NCBI GenBank assembly: GCA_965209155.1
Contig: OZ242383.1
Span: 416,001-480,000, forward strand
From: a bacterium
Lineage (GTDB): Bacteria > SAR324 > NAC60-12
Direction: 5' to 3'
Length of the DNA stretch: 64,000 nt
Position numbers and translations under genes: made by a program. This document shows positions 30,916 through 41,305 of this stretch, piece after piece (positions within the stretch are counted from its first letter, which is position 1; the number at the start of each line of letters is the position of its first letter). Below the pieces are notes generated by a model that was given only the letters and a program-made list of their open reading frames with translations, searched no databases and was not told the DNA's origin.

Positions 30916-32304
30916 GAGTTATAGTCAAATTCTGGGGATGGCAATTCAGGCGGCGATCCTGTATTGAGGAATTCCATCGACAAATTGTACTCCCTCTATC
31001 ACTTCGGCTAATCGTTTAAATCCGTGTAATCGGATCCAATTTTTCTGAGCGGATTCCATTAATTTGAATGCCATCGTCAAGACGGTATTTCTTGAGAAAC
31101 AACCTCTGACTTTGGCAGTTCTCAGTTTGACAGTAGCGAAGGTGGATTCAATGGGATTGCTCGTTCTCAAATGCCTCCAATGCTCTGCCGGGAAATCATA
31201 GAAGGCCATCAAGGTCTCCTGATCTTTAATCAAGCAGTGAGTGGCTTTAGGATATTTCGCCTCATACATGTCAACAAAATGCTTTAAGGCTTTGAAAGCT
31301 TCCTCTTTGCTGCTGGCCATCCAAATTTGATGGAGACGATCCTTGGCTTTATGATGCTCCCTTTTTGGTAAATAGTTGAGAATGTTTCCCGTTTTGTGCA
31401 TCCAACAACGCTGCTCTTTGCTCTGAGGATAGACTTTTTTCAAAGCTTTCCAAAATCCCATCGCTCCGTCTCCCACAGCGATTTTAGGGGCCTCAGTCAA
31501 TCCCCGGTGCTTCAGATCCATCAGCAGTTCCCTCCAGGATTGCTCACTTTCCCGGTAGCCATCTTCCAAGGCAACGAGCTCTTTATCTCCATTTTCTGTT
31601 GCCCCCACAATCACCAAGAGGCATTGTTTATCTTTATCCATTCTCACATTGCAATACACGCCATCGACCCAGAGATAAACATAATGACTCTGGGAGAGAT
31701 CCCGTTGTTTCCAGGCTTTCCAATCCTCATACCAGCTTGATTTAAGACGGCTCACTGTCGCTGAAGACAAGCCCGCCGCTCTTTTACCTAAAATCGCTGC
31801 GAGCGCCTCCTGAAAGCCACCAGTGGAAATCCCTTTCAGATACAGCCAGGGAATCAGGGCTTCAATACTTTTACTTTTCCTCAGATAAGGGGGGATCAAC
31901 TTGGAAGAAAATCGAATCCTTTCCTCTGATGAGGTGCTTTGACGATCTTTACTCCGCGGAACTTTCACGGATATAGAACCAATTCCCGTCTGAATCTCCC
32001 GATCTTGATGATAACCATGACGAACCACTCGCTGACGTCCATCCGAGAGTCGATAGGACTGATATTCCTTCATGAATATTTCCATCTCCAATTCCAACGC
32101 TTCAGAAAGTATCTTCCTGGCTTTCACTCTCAAAAGTTCACTCAAATGATCTTCAATAATTTGCTCTGGCTTCTCCAGATCAATCACGTTATAGTTGCTC
32201 ATCGGCGTATCCTTTCTTTGATGTAATTCTATTTATTTTAAATTCCCATCAATAGGATACGCCACCTTCAAATTTAGTCCATCCCCAACTTTCGACTATA
32301 TCTC
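30916..32304 (-). mobile_element. IS256-family insertion sequence
   Basis: Terminal inverted repeats gagttatagtcaaattctggggatgg / ccatccccaactttcgactatatctc; 9-bp target duplication gcaataacg at 30907-30915 and 32305-32313. Confidence 0.95.
30946..32202 (-). CDS. IS256 family DDE transposase
   Basis: YLWVDG, VGDG, QRCWMHK, RTSNPIES. Confidence 0.95.
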   Translation of the reverse strand: MSNYNVIDLEKPEQIIEDHLSELLRVKARKILSEALELEMEIFMKEYQSYRLSDGRQRVVRHGYHQDREIQTGIGSISVKVPRSKDRQSTSSEERIRFSSKLIPPYLRKSKSIEALIPWLYLKGISTGGFQEALAAILGKRAAGLSSATVSRLKSSWYEDWKAWKQRDLSQSHYVYLWVDGVYCNVRMDKDKQCLLVIVGATENGDKELVALEDGYRESEQSWRELLMDLKHRGLTEAPKIAVGDGAMGFWKALKKVYPQSKEQRCWMHKTGNILNYLPKREHHKAKDRLHQIWMASSKEEAFKALKHFVDMYEAKYPKATHCLIKDQETLMAFYDFPAEHWRHLRTSNPIESTFATVKLRTAKVRGCFSRNTVLTMAFKLMESAQKNWIRLHGFKRLAEVIEGVQFVDGIPQYRIAA

Positions 32305-32517
32305 GCAATAACGCGATCCTTCGCTTTGCTGCTCGGCGAACCGTCAGGATGACATGAAAGTCTGAAATTAACCCGTTTAGGGAGAGATCCTTGAATTACC
32401 CCTCAGGTCATTTCAGCAAATGGAAATGCCTCGAGCAAATTGAAAGCTCATGGTTCAGTGCCCCATCCTGGAGCCAATGAATCGTTTTTTTGATCACGCC
32501 AAAATGAAGGAGACCCA

Positions 32518-34659
32518 ATGTGTAGAGAAATCCTCGACAACGTGCTTTCGGGAACAAAAGCAGGTTTTAAAGCAATCCTTAATTTTGAACATGCAATCGA
32601 AAGGAAAAAGATGGATCATCAAAAAAACAACTTAACATTGAGCGCAACTCTTATGTCTTTAAAGAAAATTTTCACTCCCCTCGTGGGGCTGACCGTGGCA
32701 GACGTCGTGTCTGCTGCGAAAACCCGATTCGCCCCATGGGTGAATCGTTCTCAAAACCCTCAATTGAAAGAGGATACTATGGGTATGATAAAGAAACTTG
32801 TTGCCTCCATCGCGAGGCTGAACCCGGCAGGCTCTTGGTCTGCTGTACAAAAACTTGTCCCCGTAAACTTGTCCCTGCGAAAGCAGGGAGCGGGGATGCA
32901 ATCATTATTGCTCACCTTAACCCTGGTGGTGACTGCCTTTTGGGTCAACCAGGCTGCCATGGCGGCTGAGAAAAAGATGGTCACAGATCCCACCACCGGG
33001 GAGATGGTAACCGCTCCGGAGTATGGCGGGACATTGACCTATGTTCGCAAGCAGGTTGGTGAGCATACGGACGTCTATTTCATTGGTGGCTGGGCGTCCC
33101 ACTTCATCAGTGGCGTGCTCGAGAAGCTCAGCATCGCGGACTGGGGAATCGATCGGGACGTGGTGGACTGGAAAACCACCTACATCCCTCTCAGTGGCTT
33201 AAAAGGGGCGCTGGCGGAAAGCTGGTCACAACCCGACCCGCTGACCTATGTCTTCAAAATCCGCCAGGGCGTTCACTGGCATGATAAGGCCCCCATGAAT
33301 GGCAGAGCATTTACGGCTAAGGACGTCGAATATAACTTTCACCGCGCGATGGGTCTGGGCAGCGGCTACACTGAACATAGCACCATGTTTGGACCACTGC
33401 ACACGTATCAGTGGGATTCGGTCACGGCCACCGACGATTCGACGGTTGTGATGAAGCTGAAGGAGCCGCAGCCCCTGGCGCTGTACTTTATTGTCGACCA
33501 CTTCAATGTTTTTATGTACCCCCCCGAGGTATTCGAGCAATACGGCGACGTTAAGGATTGGAGGAACCTGGTCGGCACCGGGCCCTTTATGCTGACTGAC
33601 TTCGTCGAGGACAGCTCTATCACCTGGGACAAGAACCCCAACTACTGGGGTTTTGACGAAAAATACCCGGAGAACCGCCTGCCCTATATTGACCAGTTGC
33701 GGGGCGCGGTTATGCCGGAACCAGCCGTATTCGTGGCGGCCCTACGCTCGGCTAAGGTTGATTACGCAGGGACTCCCGGCGACTCTCAACTCAGGTCTAT
33801 CGACCAGGTAGAGAGCCTCAAGAAGACCAACCCCGAACTCGTGATTCACCCGTATTGGTATCGCTCGGATAATGCTTTCACTTTTAACGTGGTGGATAAG
33901 CCGCCCTTTGACGACGTCAAGGTGCGCCGGGCCATGCAGATGGCACTGGACCTCGAGACCATTAACCGTACCTTCTTCAAGGGTTATGGAAACTGGGAAC
34001 CTGCCGGGCTGGTAGCGGCAGACATCAAAGGGTATACCACCCCATTTGCAGAGTGGCCCGAGGAGGTCAGGAAAGGCTATACTTATGACCCGGAAGGGGC
34101 CGGGAAGCTGCTTGATGAGGCTGGGTTTCCGCTCGGCTCGGACGGCATTCGATTCAAAACCGTCCTGAACAGTACGTATCGGTACGACCTGAACTACCTG
34201 GAATTAGCCGCCGCATACTGGCGTGAGATTGGCATCGTAGCAGAGATTAATCTCATGGATTCACAAGCGGCCATCCCGATGAGAAACGATGGGACTTATG
34301 AAGGTTTCTGGGCTTGGTCAACGGGTGTCAGGTATATACCTGTCGAGAGAATGCGCATGTATTACTCGAAAGCTCCACGCAACTGGCGGGGCATCGTTGC
34401 CCCGGAATATGACGCCTTGTTTGAAACCGCCCTGGCCACTGCCGACGTTGAGGAGCAGCAGAGGATGGTTAGGGAGTTGGATATGTACGGGATAGAGAGG
34501 CACTGGGTAATTTGGGGTCCCGAAACCCCACAGTTTAACGTGCACCAGCCGTGGGTCAAAGGTTATAACGGTGAAATCTCGTTGGGAGTCGGTCAATTTA
34601 ATACCCCCTTCACCCGCCTCTGGATTGACCAGGACCTGAAGAAAGAAATGGGGCATTAG
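32518..34659 (+). CDS. Family-5 ABC SBP, unit 2; close paralog of unit 1 with a chimeric N-terminal extension
   Basis: Near-identical to unit 1 over most of its length; starts with leader-type MCREILDNVLSGTKAGF. Confidence 0.92.
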   Translation: MCREILDNVLSGTKAGFKAILNFEHAIERKKMDHQKNNLTLSATLMSLKKIFTPLVGLTVADVVSAAKTRFAPWVNRSQNPQLKEDTMGMIKKLVASIARLNPAGSWSAVQKLVPVNLSLRKQGAGMQSLLLTLTLVVTAFWVNQAAMAAEKKMVTDPTTGEMVTAPEYGGTLTYVRKQVGEHTDVYFIGGWASHFISGVLEKLSIADWGIDRDVVDWKTTYIPLSGLKGALAESWSQPDPLTYVFKIRQGVHWHDKAPMNGRAFTAKDVEYNFHRAMGLGSGYTEHSTMFGPLHTYQWDSVTATDDSTVVMKLKEPQPLALYFIVDHFNVFMYPPEVFEQYGDVKDWRNLVGTGPFMLTDFVEDSSITWDKNPNYWGFDEKYPENRLPYIDQLRGAVMPEPAVFVAALRSAKVDYAGTPGDSQLRSIDQVESLKKTNPELVIHPYWYRSDNAFTFNVVDKPPFDDVKVRRAMQMALDLETINRTFFKGYGNWEPAGLVAADIKGYTTPFAEWPEEVRKGYTYDPEGAGKLLDEAGFPLGSDGIRFKTVLNSTYRYDLNYLELAAAYWREIGIVAEINLMDSQAAIPMRNDGTYEGFWAWSTGVRYIPVERMRMYYSKAPRNWRGIVAPEYDALFETALATADVEEQQRMVRELDMYGIERHWVIWGPETPQFNVHQPWVKGYNGEISLGVGQFNTPFTRLWIDQDLKKEMGH

Positions 34660-34763
34660 AAGCCATGTTAAAACCTTGATTCCCTCCCCTGGCGGGAGGC
34701 AGAGAAACAGTTTGGCCACAGGCGTGGCCAGTAAAAACTGCTGAACGCGGGAGGGGGTTTCCC

Positions 34764-35770
34764 ATGAGAGCCTGTATCATCAGGAGGGTATTGCTCCTTA
34801 TCCCCACCCTGTTCATCCTGACTATCTTGGTCTTTCTCTCGGTGCGCTTCATACCGGGCGACGTCGTGGATTTAATAGTGGGTAGGATGGAATGGTATGG
34901 CACTGGTGGCGAGGAGATTGACCGTGAAGCGGTTGAGCGTATGCTGGGATTGGACGTGCCTGTCTACGTCCAGTATGGACGCTGGATCGGAAATATTCTC
35001 CGTCACGGCAGCATTGGCGAATCCCTGCTGGGCGGTTATGCGATCGAGGAGAAGCTATTAGATAGATTGCCGGTCACCATTGAGCTTGGCGTCCTGGCCA
35101 TCGTCATCTCGCTCTTGATAGCCCTGCCTGTCGGTATCTACTCGGCGATACGCCAGGATACGCTCGCCGATTACGCGGGGCGCACCCTGGCCATCATCGG
35201 CCTGACCACGCCTAACTTCTGGCTGGCCCTGATGGTCATTATCTTCCCGGCCATCTGGTGGGGCTGGTCGCCCCATTGGAGTGGGTTCCTTTCAGCGAAG
35301 ACCCGCTGGGGAATCTCGGCATGCTCCTCATTCCCAGCCTGATTCTGGGGACGACTGCTTCTTGCGAGACCATGCGGCTGATGCGCACCATGATGCTGGA
35401 AGTGCTGCGGCAGGACTACATCCGCACCGCCTGGTCCAAGGGGCTCCGGGAGCGGGTGGTTGTCGTGCGGCACAGCATCAAAAATGCCCTCATCCCGATC
35501 GTGACGCGTTCAGCTGGGCTTAATGGCCGCGCTGCGGCCTTCCAGCTTCTCTGCGGCCTGCAGTTGCCTATCCTGGACGGGGGCGCGGTGATCATGGAGA
35601 ACATCTTCAACCTGCCGGGGCTCGGGCGTCTCATGGTGTTTGCCCTCGAAGACCGGGACTACCCGGTAGTCTCCGACGTCAACCTGTTCTTTGCCACCGG
35701 GGTGGTGGGGTTCAATCTCCTCATCGACCTGCTCTATTCCTATCTGGACCCGAGGGTCCGGTATGAATGA
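34764..35770 (+). pseudogene. DppB-like permease, unit 2; frameshifted near 35275 and carrying a 48-bp replacement insert
   Basis: Split ORFs 34764-35342 and 35258-35770; insert 35506-35553. Confidence 0.88.
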
Positions 35771-35958
35771 GAAACCCTCCCCCATACATGAGCCTCGGAT
35801 TGATGCTGTTCAGTGCCTTTTCAATTCCTATCGCGTTCAAAAAAGCTTCGTAAACGTCACGCTTTTCCACTCCAGAGAGTGCTCTTGGGTGACACAAACC
35901 ACGTGAAAATAATGTTCACTCATAAACCCTCTTTAGCAAATATTTGACTTCCAAAAAG

Positions 35959-36298
35959 TTAACCAAGAATCGTGTTGATGAGTTTTTTCAATGATTTTTG
36001 ATCAACACCTGAAAGCTTTCCTAATTTTTTAAGAATCAAGGATTGATCTAAAGTTGTTACGACGGATTTAATAATAGAGGGATTGAGCAAACCGGCATTT
36101 TGCCAGTTTTGAATTTCATACTCGATGCTTGAATGGGCAAGATGCAGTTGGCTGGTTATAGCCATGATAATCAGATCTTGTTTGCGTTGATGGTAACTAT
36201 TGGAACTGATGATAACGGCAGGACGTTTTTTTACTACTGGTTTGATCAGTAAAAGGAAAAGGGACTAAAACAATATCTCCAAAACTATAACTGATCAT
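35959..36298 (-). pseudogene. PemK/MazF-family toxin, frameshifted in an A7 run
   Basis: MISYSFGDIVLVPFPFTDQTSSKK / RPAVII..MAITS; frame break at 36226-36232. Confidence 0.8.
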
Positions 36299-36521
36299 AA
36301 ACTGCATCTTCCGGATTGTCCCATATCTCCTCAAAAGCCATTTCAGAGGTCTTCATGGCATTGAAAACCAAACCTCGCTCTTCTTCCCGTTGAGTCAGAA
36401 AATCAATAAAATCTTCGACTTCCCGGATTCTCTCAGGAGATAAGGATTGTAATTTTTTGAAGACGTCAGATGCTTGGAGAGGGAGCAGTTGTTTTTCCAT
36501 AGATTCCTCAATTTCGTGCAA
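36285..36521 (-). CDS. DUF2281-like antitoxin
   Basis: LSPERIREVEDFIDFL, WDNPEDAVYD; overlaps the toxin start. Confidence 0.75.
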   Translation of the reverse strand: MHEIEESMEKQLLPLQASDVFKKLQSLSPERIREVEDFIDFLTQREEERGLVFNAMKTSEMAFEEIWDNPEDAVYDQL

Positions 36522-36717
36522 AGACTTTGAGTGTTTCCCTAATGGAATTGTCCCTATTGTGGGTTCTTTTCATATAGCCTCAGCTAATTTAGCAGAATTG
36601 TCAATAGAAAGAAACCGAACCTTTTGATTTTGGAGAAAAGAAATAGACCGCTGTCTTCTGCCTTCTCCCTCAACAAAATGATTCGTTCTTCGCAATCCAA
36701 CGAATTTTATATCCTTT

Positions 36718-37139
36718 AAGAGAATGACTATTTTCTGGCCGCCCGGGCCGCGGGCACTCCCATGAGCCAAATCCTCTTACGCCATCTCCTGCCCAATATT
36801 ATGGCACCCGTCATCATTGTCTTCTCGATCAACATCGGCGGGGTGATTATCTCTGAGGCCTCGCTGAGCTTTCTCGGATTCGGGCTACCAGCGGACGTTC
36901 CCAGCTGGGGAAGTCTGCTCAGCCGTGAAGGTCGCAGGTACATGAAAATGGCGCCATGGCTGGCGCTCTGGCCTGGTCTTGCCCTGACGATTACCGTCTA
37001 CTCCCTCAACATGTTTGGTGACGCCCTCAGGGACTTGTTCGACCCCAGGCTGAAGGGCGGTCAGGGAAGTTATGGCACCACGAGGATGAAACGTAAACGA
37101 GGCTTCCTCTCCAAGCTGATCTCCCCTTTCAACTGGTAA
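36718..37139 (+). pseudogene. 3' fragment of DppC-like permease, unit 2 (5' stub at about 35767-35797)
   Basis: Begins abruptly at KENDYFLAARA; the TA pair occupies the missing middle. Confidence 0.85.
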
Positions 37140-37433
37140 ATGCGCAAAACGAGAATCCTTTGCGTCCTATCTAATATTCTACTGCAGGCAATGTCGAGGA
37201 GTTCGTCCTTCATCGTTCGCAATTTTTTCCAATCATGTTCAGGAAAACTTCTCATGAAATATTTCTTTTTTAAATTCTGATACGTTCACACCTGGTATAA
37301 CCAGCCACACTTTTTTAGCGAGGTCTGCATTCATGCGTACGGCTCAATGAGCCCTGGGCGGCAATGGTTTCTGAAGAAGGTAGGAGAACAGATTATGATT
37401 TCAATTTTCTTATCCACATTTCTGGATGGAAAA

Positions 37434-37843
37434 CTAACTTTTTAAAAGGATAGTACATCCAGCCTGTTCAAAATGATGATCAGTCGTGAAAATTTCTGTG
37501 ATACGATGATCTTCCGCTACTACCATTCCGATACAATCGACCAAGCTCCAATTTTTATCCAATCTCTTTTGGAACCTTTCATTTCCTCGGACTATCAAGT
37601 CATCAACTGGAATACAATTCCAGCGTTTTGAATTTGTGATCAAATTGAACAATCGAATCGCTATCGGTTTATGCTGAACTTGACTGAAAGTGTTGAATAA
37701 TTCTAAAACGACAGCATTTGTTGTGAGGAAATGAAACTTTTTTGTAAGTATTCTTTTTGGACGGCGATGGCTTGTTGATGAAAGGTATCATTCTTGTTCC
37801 CAAGGGCAATTAAGGCAGAAGTATCAACAAATATAGAGTTCAT
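37434..37843 (-). pseudogene. PIN-domain (VapC-like) toxin, frameshifted in an A run
   Basis: MNSIFVDTSALIAL...; C-terminal SLVDC, FTTDHHFEQAG; frame break near 37740. Confidence 0.8.
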
Positions 37844-38112
37844 GAGTGTTTAGGGGTTCCGTAAAGATAATGGTCATGATTCTCTGCAAGGTCTTCAATT
37901 CCGGTTTCAACCGCATATTGATCAATGTTTTCTAAGAATTCTACCCAGGGATCTTCTTCTATTTTTTCTTTTTCCTGATTCGCTTCTGCTTCTTTTTTGA
38001 GATTGGCTTCTATTTCTTTGATTTTCTGCTGCAACTCTTCTTGTGGGAAGTTATCAGGGAAATTAATTGAAATTTGCATAGGACCATTCTCCTTTCGAAG
38101 GTTTATACTCAA
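37840..38112 (-). CDS. Putative antitoxin partner of the PIN toxin
   Basis: C-terminal TGIEDLAENHDHYLYG; ATGA overlap with the toxin. Confidence 0.7.
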   Translation of the reverse strand: MSINLRKENGPMQISINFPDNFPQEELQQKIKEIEANLKKEAEANQEKEKIEEDPWVEFLENIDQYAVETGIEDLAENHDHYLYGTPKHS

Positions 38113-38437
38113 TACAGATTGACAGTTAGGTCTCTTCTAACCTTGAATTTCAATGTATCAAACATAATGATGAGAATCAAATTTAATCCCAATGGCTGTC
38201 AATTCTTAGCGAAAGGAGAGCAAATTGACGCGCTTGCTCCCATTAATCCTGCAGTTTCTTCTCCTGGCCCGTCATGCTCGAAAGCGAGAATTTTAAGGTC
38301 TCGCCGTTTTCGCCAGTCGGTTTGAAGCATTTCGATTTGATCGAATCTCTTTTCATCCGGCGGCCGTTTTTCCCAAAACCGACCCCTGGACTCAAACAGG
38401 TCGCCGCCTTCATCAGGGCATCTTTTTTTACAAGAGA

Positions 38438-39545
38438 AGCGAGGATCAAGTCCAAGATGAGACAAGCACTCGCCACTGAGGATTCAAGGTGAGCAAAAAG
38501 AATCGATTGACCTCCTCTGAATATTGTTATATAGAGAAGATACTGAAGGGGATAATGAAACCTACCAGGATATTGCCATCATCGTTCTTTTGTGATCGTT
38601 TTCAACGAAATCGCCTTGAGCTGAAGATTTTTAAGAATTTCGACTTGTTTTTCGTTTTCTTATTTGATAGATTTCAAGAAATCGCCTTGGGCTGAAAGTT
38701 TTATTTCTATTTCGCTCCTATTGATTGAGCCGAAAGTCAGGAAAAAACCTCATCTCCTCCCCAGAGGATTTTTAGAAACGTTCAACGGGGAATGAAAAAG
38801 TGCTAAAAATGTTGACTTCCATATCCAAATATGAAAAATTATTTTCGTTGATCATCAGAAGACATTCATGAATGATTCGCCCTGTTCAAAAAAACCTTGA
38901 TACATTTGCAGAGCGATTATACTATTTCCAGGTATGAGAAAAATTTGCTTTAAATGACTAAATCGGATCCGTCTTAAAAAATATGTTGATTTTTTTCTGG
39001 ATATAAATATTTTCCTTAAAGAGTCGCTGTCGCGAAATGGCTTTTCGCTGTCAGCTATCAATCAGGATGACATGAAAGTCTGAAATTAACCCGTCAAATA
39101 TAAAATAGCTTGACAAAAGGTTAATATGAGAGTATCATTCAATCACCCGGCACCCCAAGTTCTAAGTTCCCATCTTCTAAATCCCAAGTCCCCAGTTCAT
39201 TGGGTTGTCCCCCCTTATCTTATCTCGACTTCAGGGAGAGATCCTTGAAGTTGTACCTCAGTTCATTTCAGCACATGGAAATTCCTCCAGAGAATGGAAA
39301 GGTCATGGTTCATGGCCCCTCCTGGAGCCAATGAATCGTTTTTTGATAGGGTAATATTCATGGTGAATATTGCTTTTTTAACTTTTTATATCAGAGGTCA
39401 AAATGAAAGTAATAATCAGAAGCATCGTCGAGAACGGGCTTTCGGAAACGAAAGCAGGTTTTAAAGCAATTCTAAATCTTGTTTTTAATCAAAAAGCAGA
39501 AAGGAAAAAGATGGAAAATCAAAAAAGCAAATCAACCTTCAGTGC
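38438..39545 (+). repeat. Conserved AT-rich leader copy, unit 3
   Basis: Long near-identical blocks shared with 44968-46182, 57329-58605 and 62641-63710. Confidence 0.92.
39110..39138 (+). promoter_or_regulatory. Sigma70-like promoter TTGACA-N17-TATCAT (also 45508-45536, 58160-58188, 63179-63207)
   Basis: Consensus -35, 17-nt spacer, 5/6 -10; conserved in four leaders upstream of SBP genes. Confidence 0.7.
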
Positions 39546-41295
39546 CATCCTGCTCTCCCTCACACTGATGGTGGCCGCCCTCGGGGTCAGTTCGGCAGCC
39601 ATGGCTGCCGAGAAAATGATGGTCAAAGATCCGACCACTGGTAAAATGGTGAGTGCACCTGAGTATGGCGGGACAATCACCTTCAACGGGTTTGGGATTG
39701 CTACTGATTGGCCTCCTGACCCCTATTTAAACTGGGGCGTCATCACCGTCTCGGGCGTTGTGGAGAAGCTGGGCATCGGGAACTGGGGAATAGATAGGGA
39801 CGTATTTGACTTCAAAAGTCACTTCATCCCTGAAGAATTCATAATAGGGGCGCTGGCGGAAAGCTGGGAGCAACCTGACCCGCTGACTTATGTCTTCAAA
39901 ATCCGCCAGGGCGTTCACTGGCACGACAAGGCGCCAATGAATGGGAGAGCCTTGACGGCCAAGGATATCGCATACAACTTCAACCGGGTGTTGGGTCTGG
40001 GCAAGTTCACCGAGGCCGGACCGACCGTAATGGCTTACGCAGGCAAAACCGTCCCATGGGAATCGATAACGGCCACCGACGATGCGACGGTCGTGATGAA
40101 GCTGAAGGAGCCATACCTCCCTGCGCTGTGGTTTATGACCGTCGGGCACATTGGTTTCATAATGCCCCCCGAGGTAATCGAGCAACACGGCGACGTTAAG
40201 GACTGGAGGAACCTGGTCGGCACCGGACCCTTTATGATGACTGACCGAGTCGAGGGCGCCTCTGTCACCTGGACCAAAAATCCTGACTACTGGGGCTTCG
40301 ACCCAAAATACCCGCAGAACCGCTTGCCCTACGTTGACGAGTTAAAGCTTTTGGCCATTCCAGAGTTAACAACAAGTTTGGCAGCACTACGCTCAGGTAA
40401 GCTTGATTACCATCGGCAGGTGACTGATTTGGACGCGGTACTGAGCGTACAGCGGACCAACCCCGAAATCGAGGCGCACTTTTTCTATTTTCGGTCGAAT
40501 GATTCTTTTAGCCTTGACGTGCGCAAGCCGCCCTTTGACGACATCAACGTGCGCCACGCAATGCAGATGGCACTCGACAACGAGACTTCGGCGGCTACGC
40601 TCTGGTCGGGTCGAGCAGATCCGACACCTTTCGGGTTGATAGGGGTGAAAGGGTATTACATCCCATTTGATGAGTGGCCCGCCGAGGTCAAGCAATGGTA
40701 CAGGTATGACCCGGAAGCTGCCGAGAAGCTCCTTGATGAGGCGGGATATCCGCGCGGTGCAGACGGCATTAGATTCAAGACCACCCTGAATTACCCGTCA
40801 GGTGCTGGAAGCTTAGACTTTGCAGAAATAGCTGCCGCCTACTGGGCTGAGATTGGCGTCGAGGTCGAGATTGATGTTCTGGCCGAAGCCGAATACAACG
40901 AGAGGATCACTTCGGGTACTTTTGAAGGCATCAACAGTGACATTACGGCCTCCAAGTTTGACCCTAAGGATATGGCACTCTGGCTTCGTTCGGATCATCC
41001 GACCTTTAACAGGAGCGGACACCAGTGGCATGAGCTTAATGCCATGGTTGACGCCGCCCTGGCCGCTCCGACCCTTGAGGAGCAGAAGAGGCTGATTGCA
41101 GAGGTAGATATGTACGCGATAGAGAAGCACATGCGTATATTTGGTCCTAGAGGTCCACAATTCTATTTTGCCCAGCCGTGGCTCATAGGCTATAACGGTG
41201 AAATGGACTCAGGCGCCCTTGGGGGCGGGGAGTTCTATGTCCTGTACGCCCGCTTCTGGATTGATAGTGCGCTGAAGAAAGAAATGGGACATTAG
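39403..41295 (+). CDS. Family-5 ABC SBP, unit 3; likely start 39511
   Basis: Family motifs; RBS gaaagga before MENQKSK. Confidence 0.92.
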   Translation: MKVIIRSIVENGLSETKAGFKAILNLVFNQKAERKKMENQKSKSTFSAILLSLTLMVAALGVSSAAMAAEKMMVKDPTTGKMVSAPEYGGTITFNGFGIATDWPPDPYLNWGVITVSGVVEKLGIGNWGIDRDVFDFKSHFIPEEFIIGALAESWEQPDPLTYVFKIRQGVHWHDKAPMNGRALTAKDIAYNFNRVLGLGKFTEAGPTVMAYAGKTVPWESITATDDATVVMKLKEPYLPALWFMTVGHIGFIMPPEVIEQHGDVKDWRNLVGTGPFMMTDRVEGASVTWTKNPDYWGFDPKYPQNRLPYVDELKLLAIPELTTSLAALRSGKLDYHRQVTDLDAVLSVQRTNPEIEAHFFYFRSNDSFSLDVRKPPFDDINVRHAMQMALDNETSAATLWSGRADPTPFGLIGVKGYYIPFDEWPAEVKQWYRYDPEAAEKLLDEAGYPRGADGIRFKTTLNYPSGAGSLDFAEIAAAYWAEIGVEVEIDVLAEAEYNERITSGTFEGINSDITASKFDPKDMALWLRSDHPTFNRSGHQWHELNAMVDAALAAPTLEEQKRLIAEVDMYAIEKHMRIFGPRGPQFYFAQPWLIGYNGEMDSGALGGGEFYVLYARFWIDSALKKEMGH

Positions 41296-41305
41296 TGGGT
41301 TTCCC

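Larger units (their letters stand above)
30610..32640 (+). repeat. Conserved leader copy, unit 2; split by IS256 and missing the promoter/VNTR segment
   Basis: 30610-30880 and 32344-32640 match other copies; ttaacccgt joins directly to ttagggagagatcc. Confidence 0.85.

Noticed and set aside
21324..34659. Diversity-generating retroelement (Avd-like gene plus variable SBP patches)
   Set aside because: No intact reverse transcriptase, no template repeat, and unit 1/2 differences are not adenine-specific.
38855..39061. Small ORF in the leader (MIADSEKPF..., also 45196-45459)
   Set aside because: Length and frame vary between copies and it has no recognisable motif; treated as non-coding.
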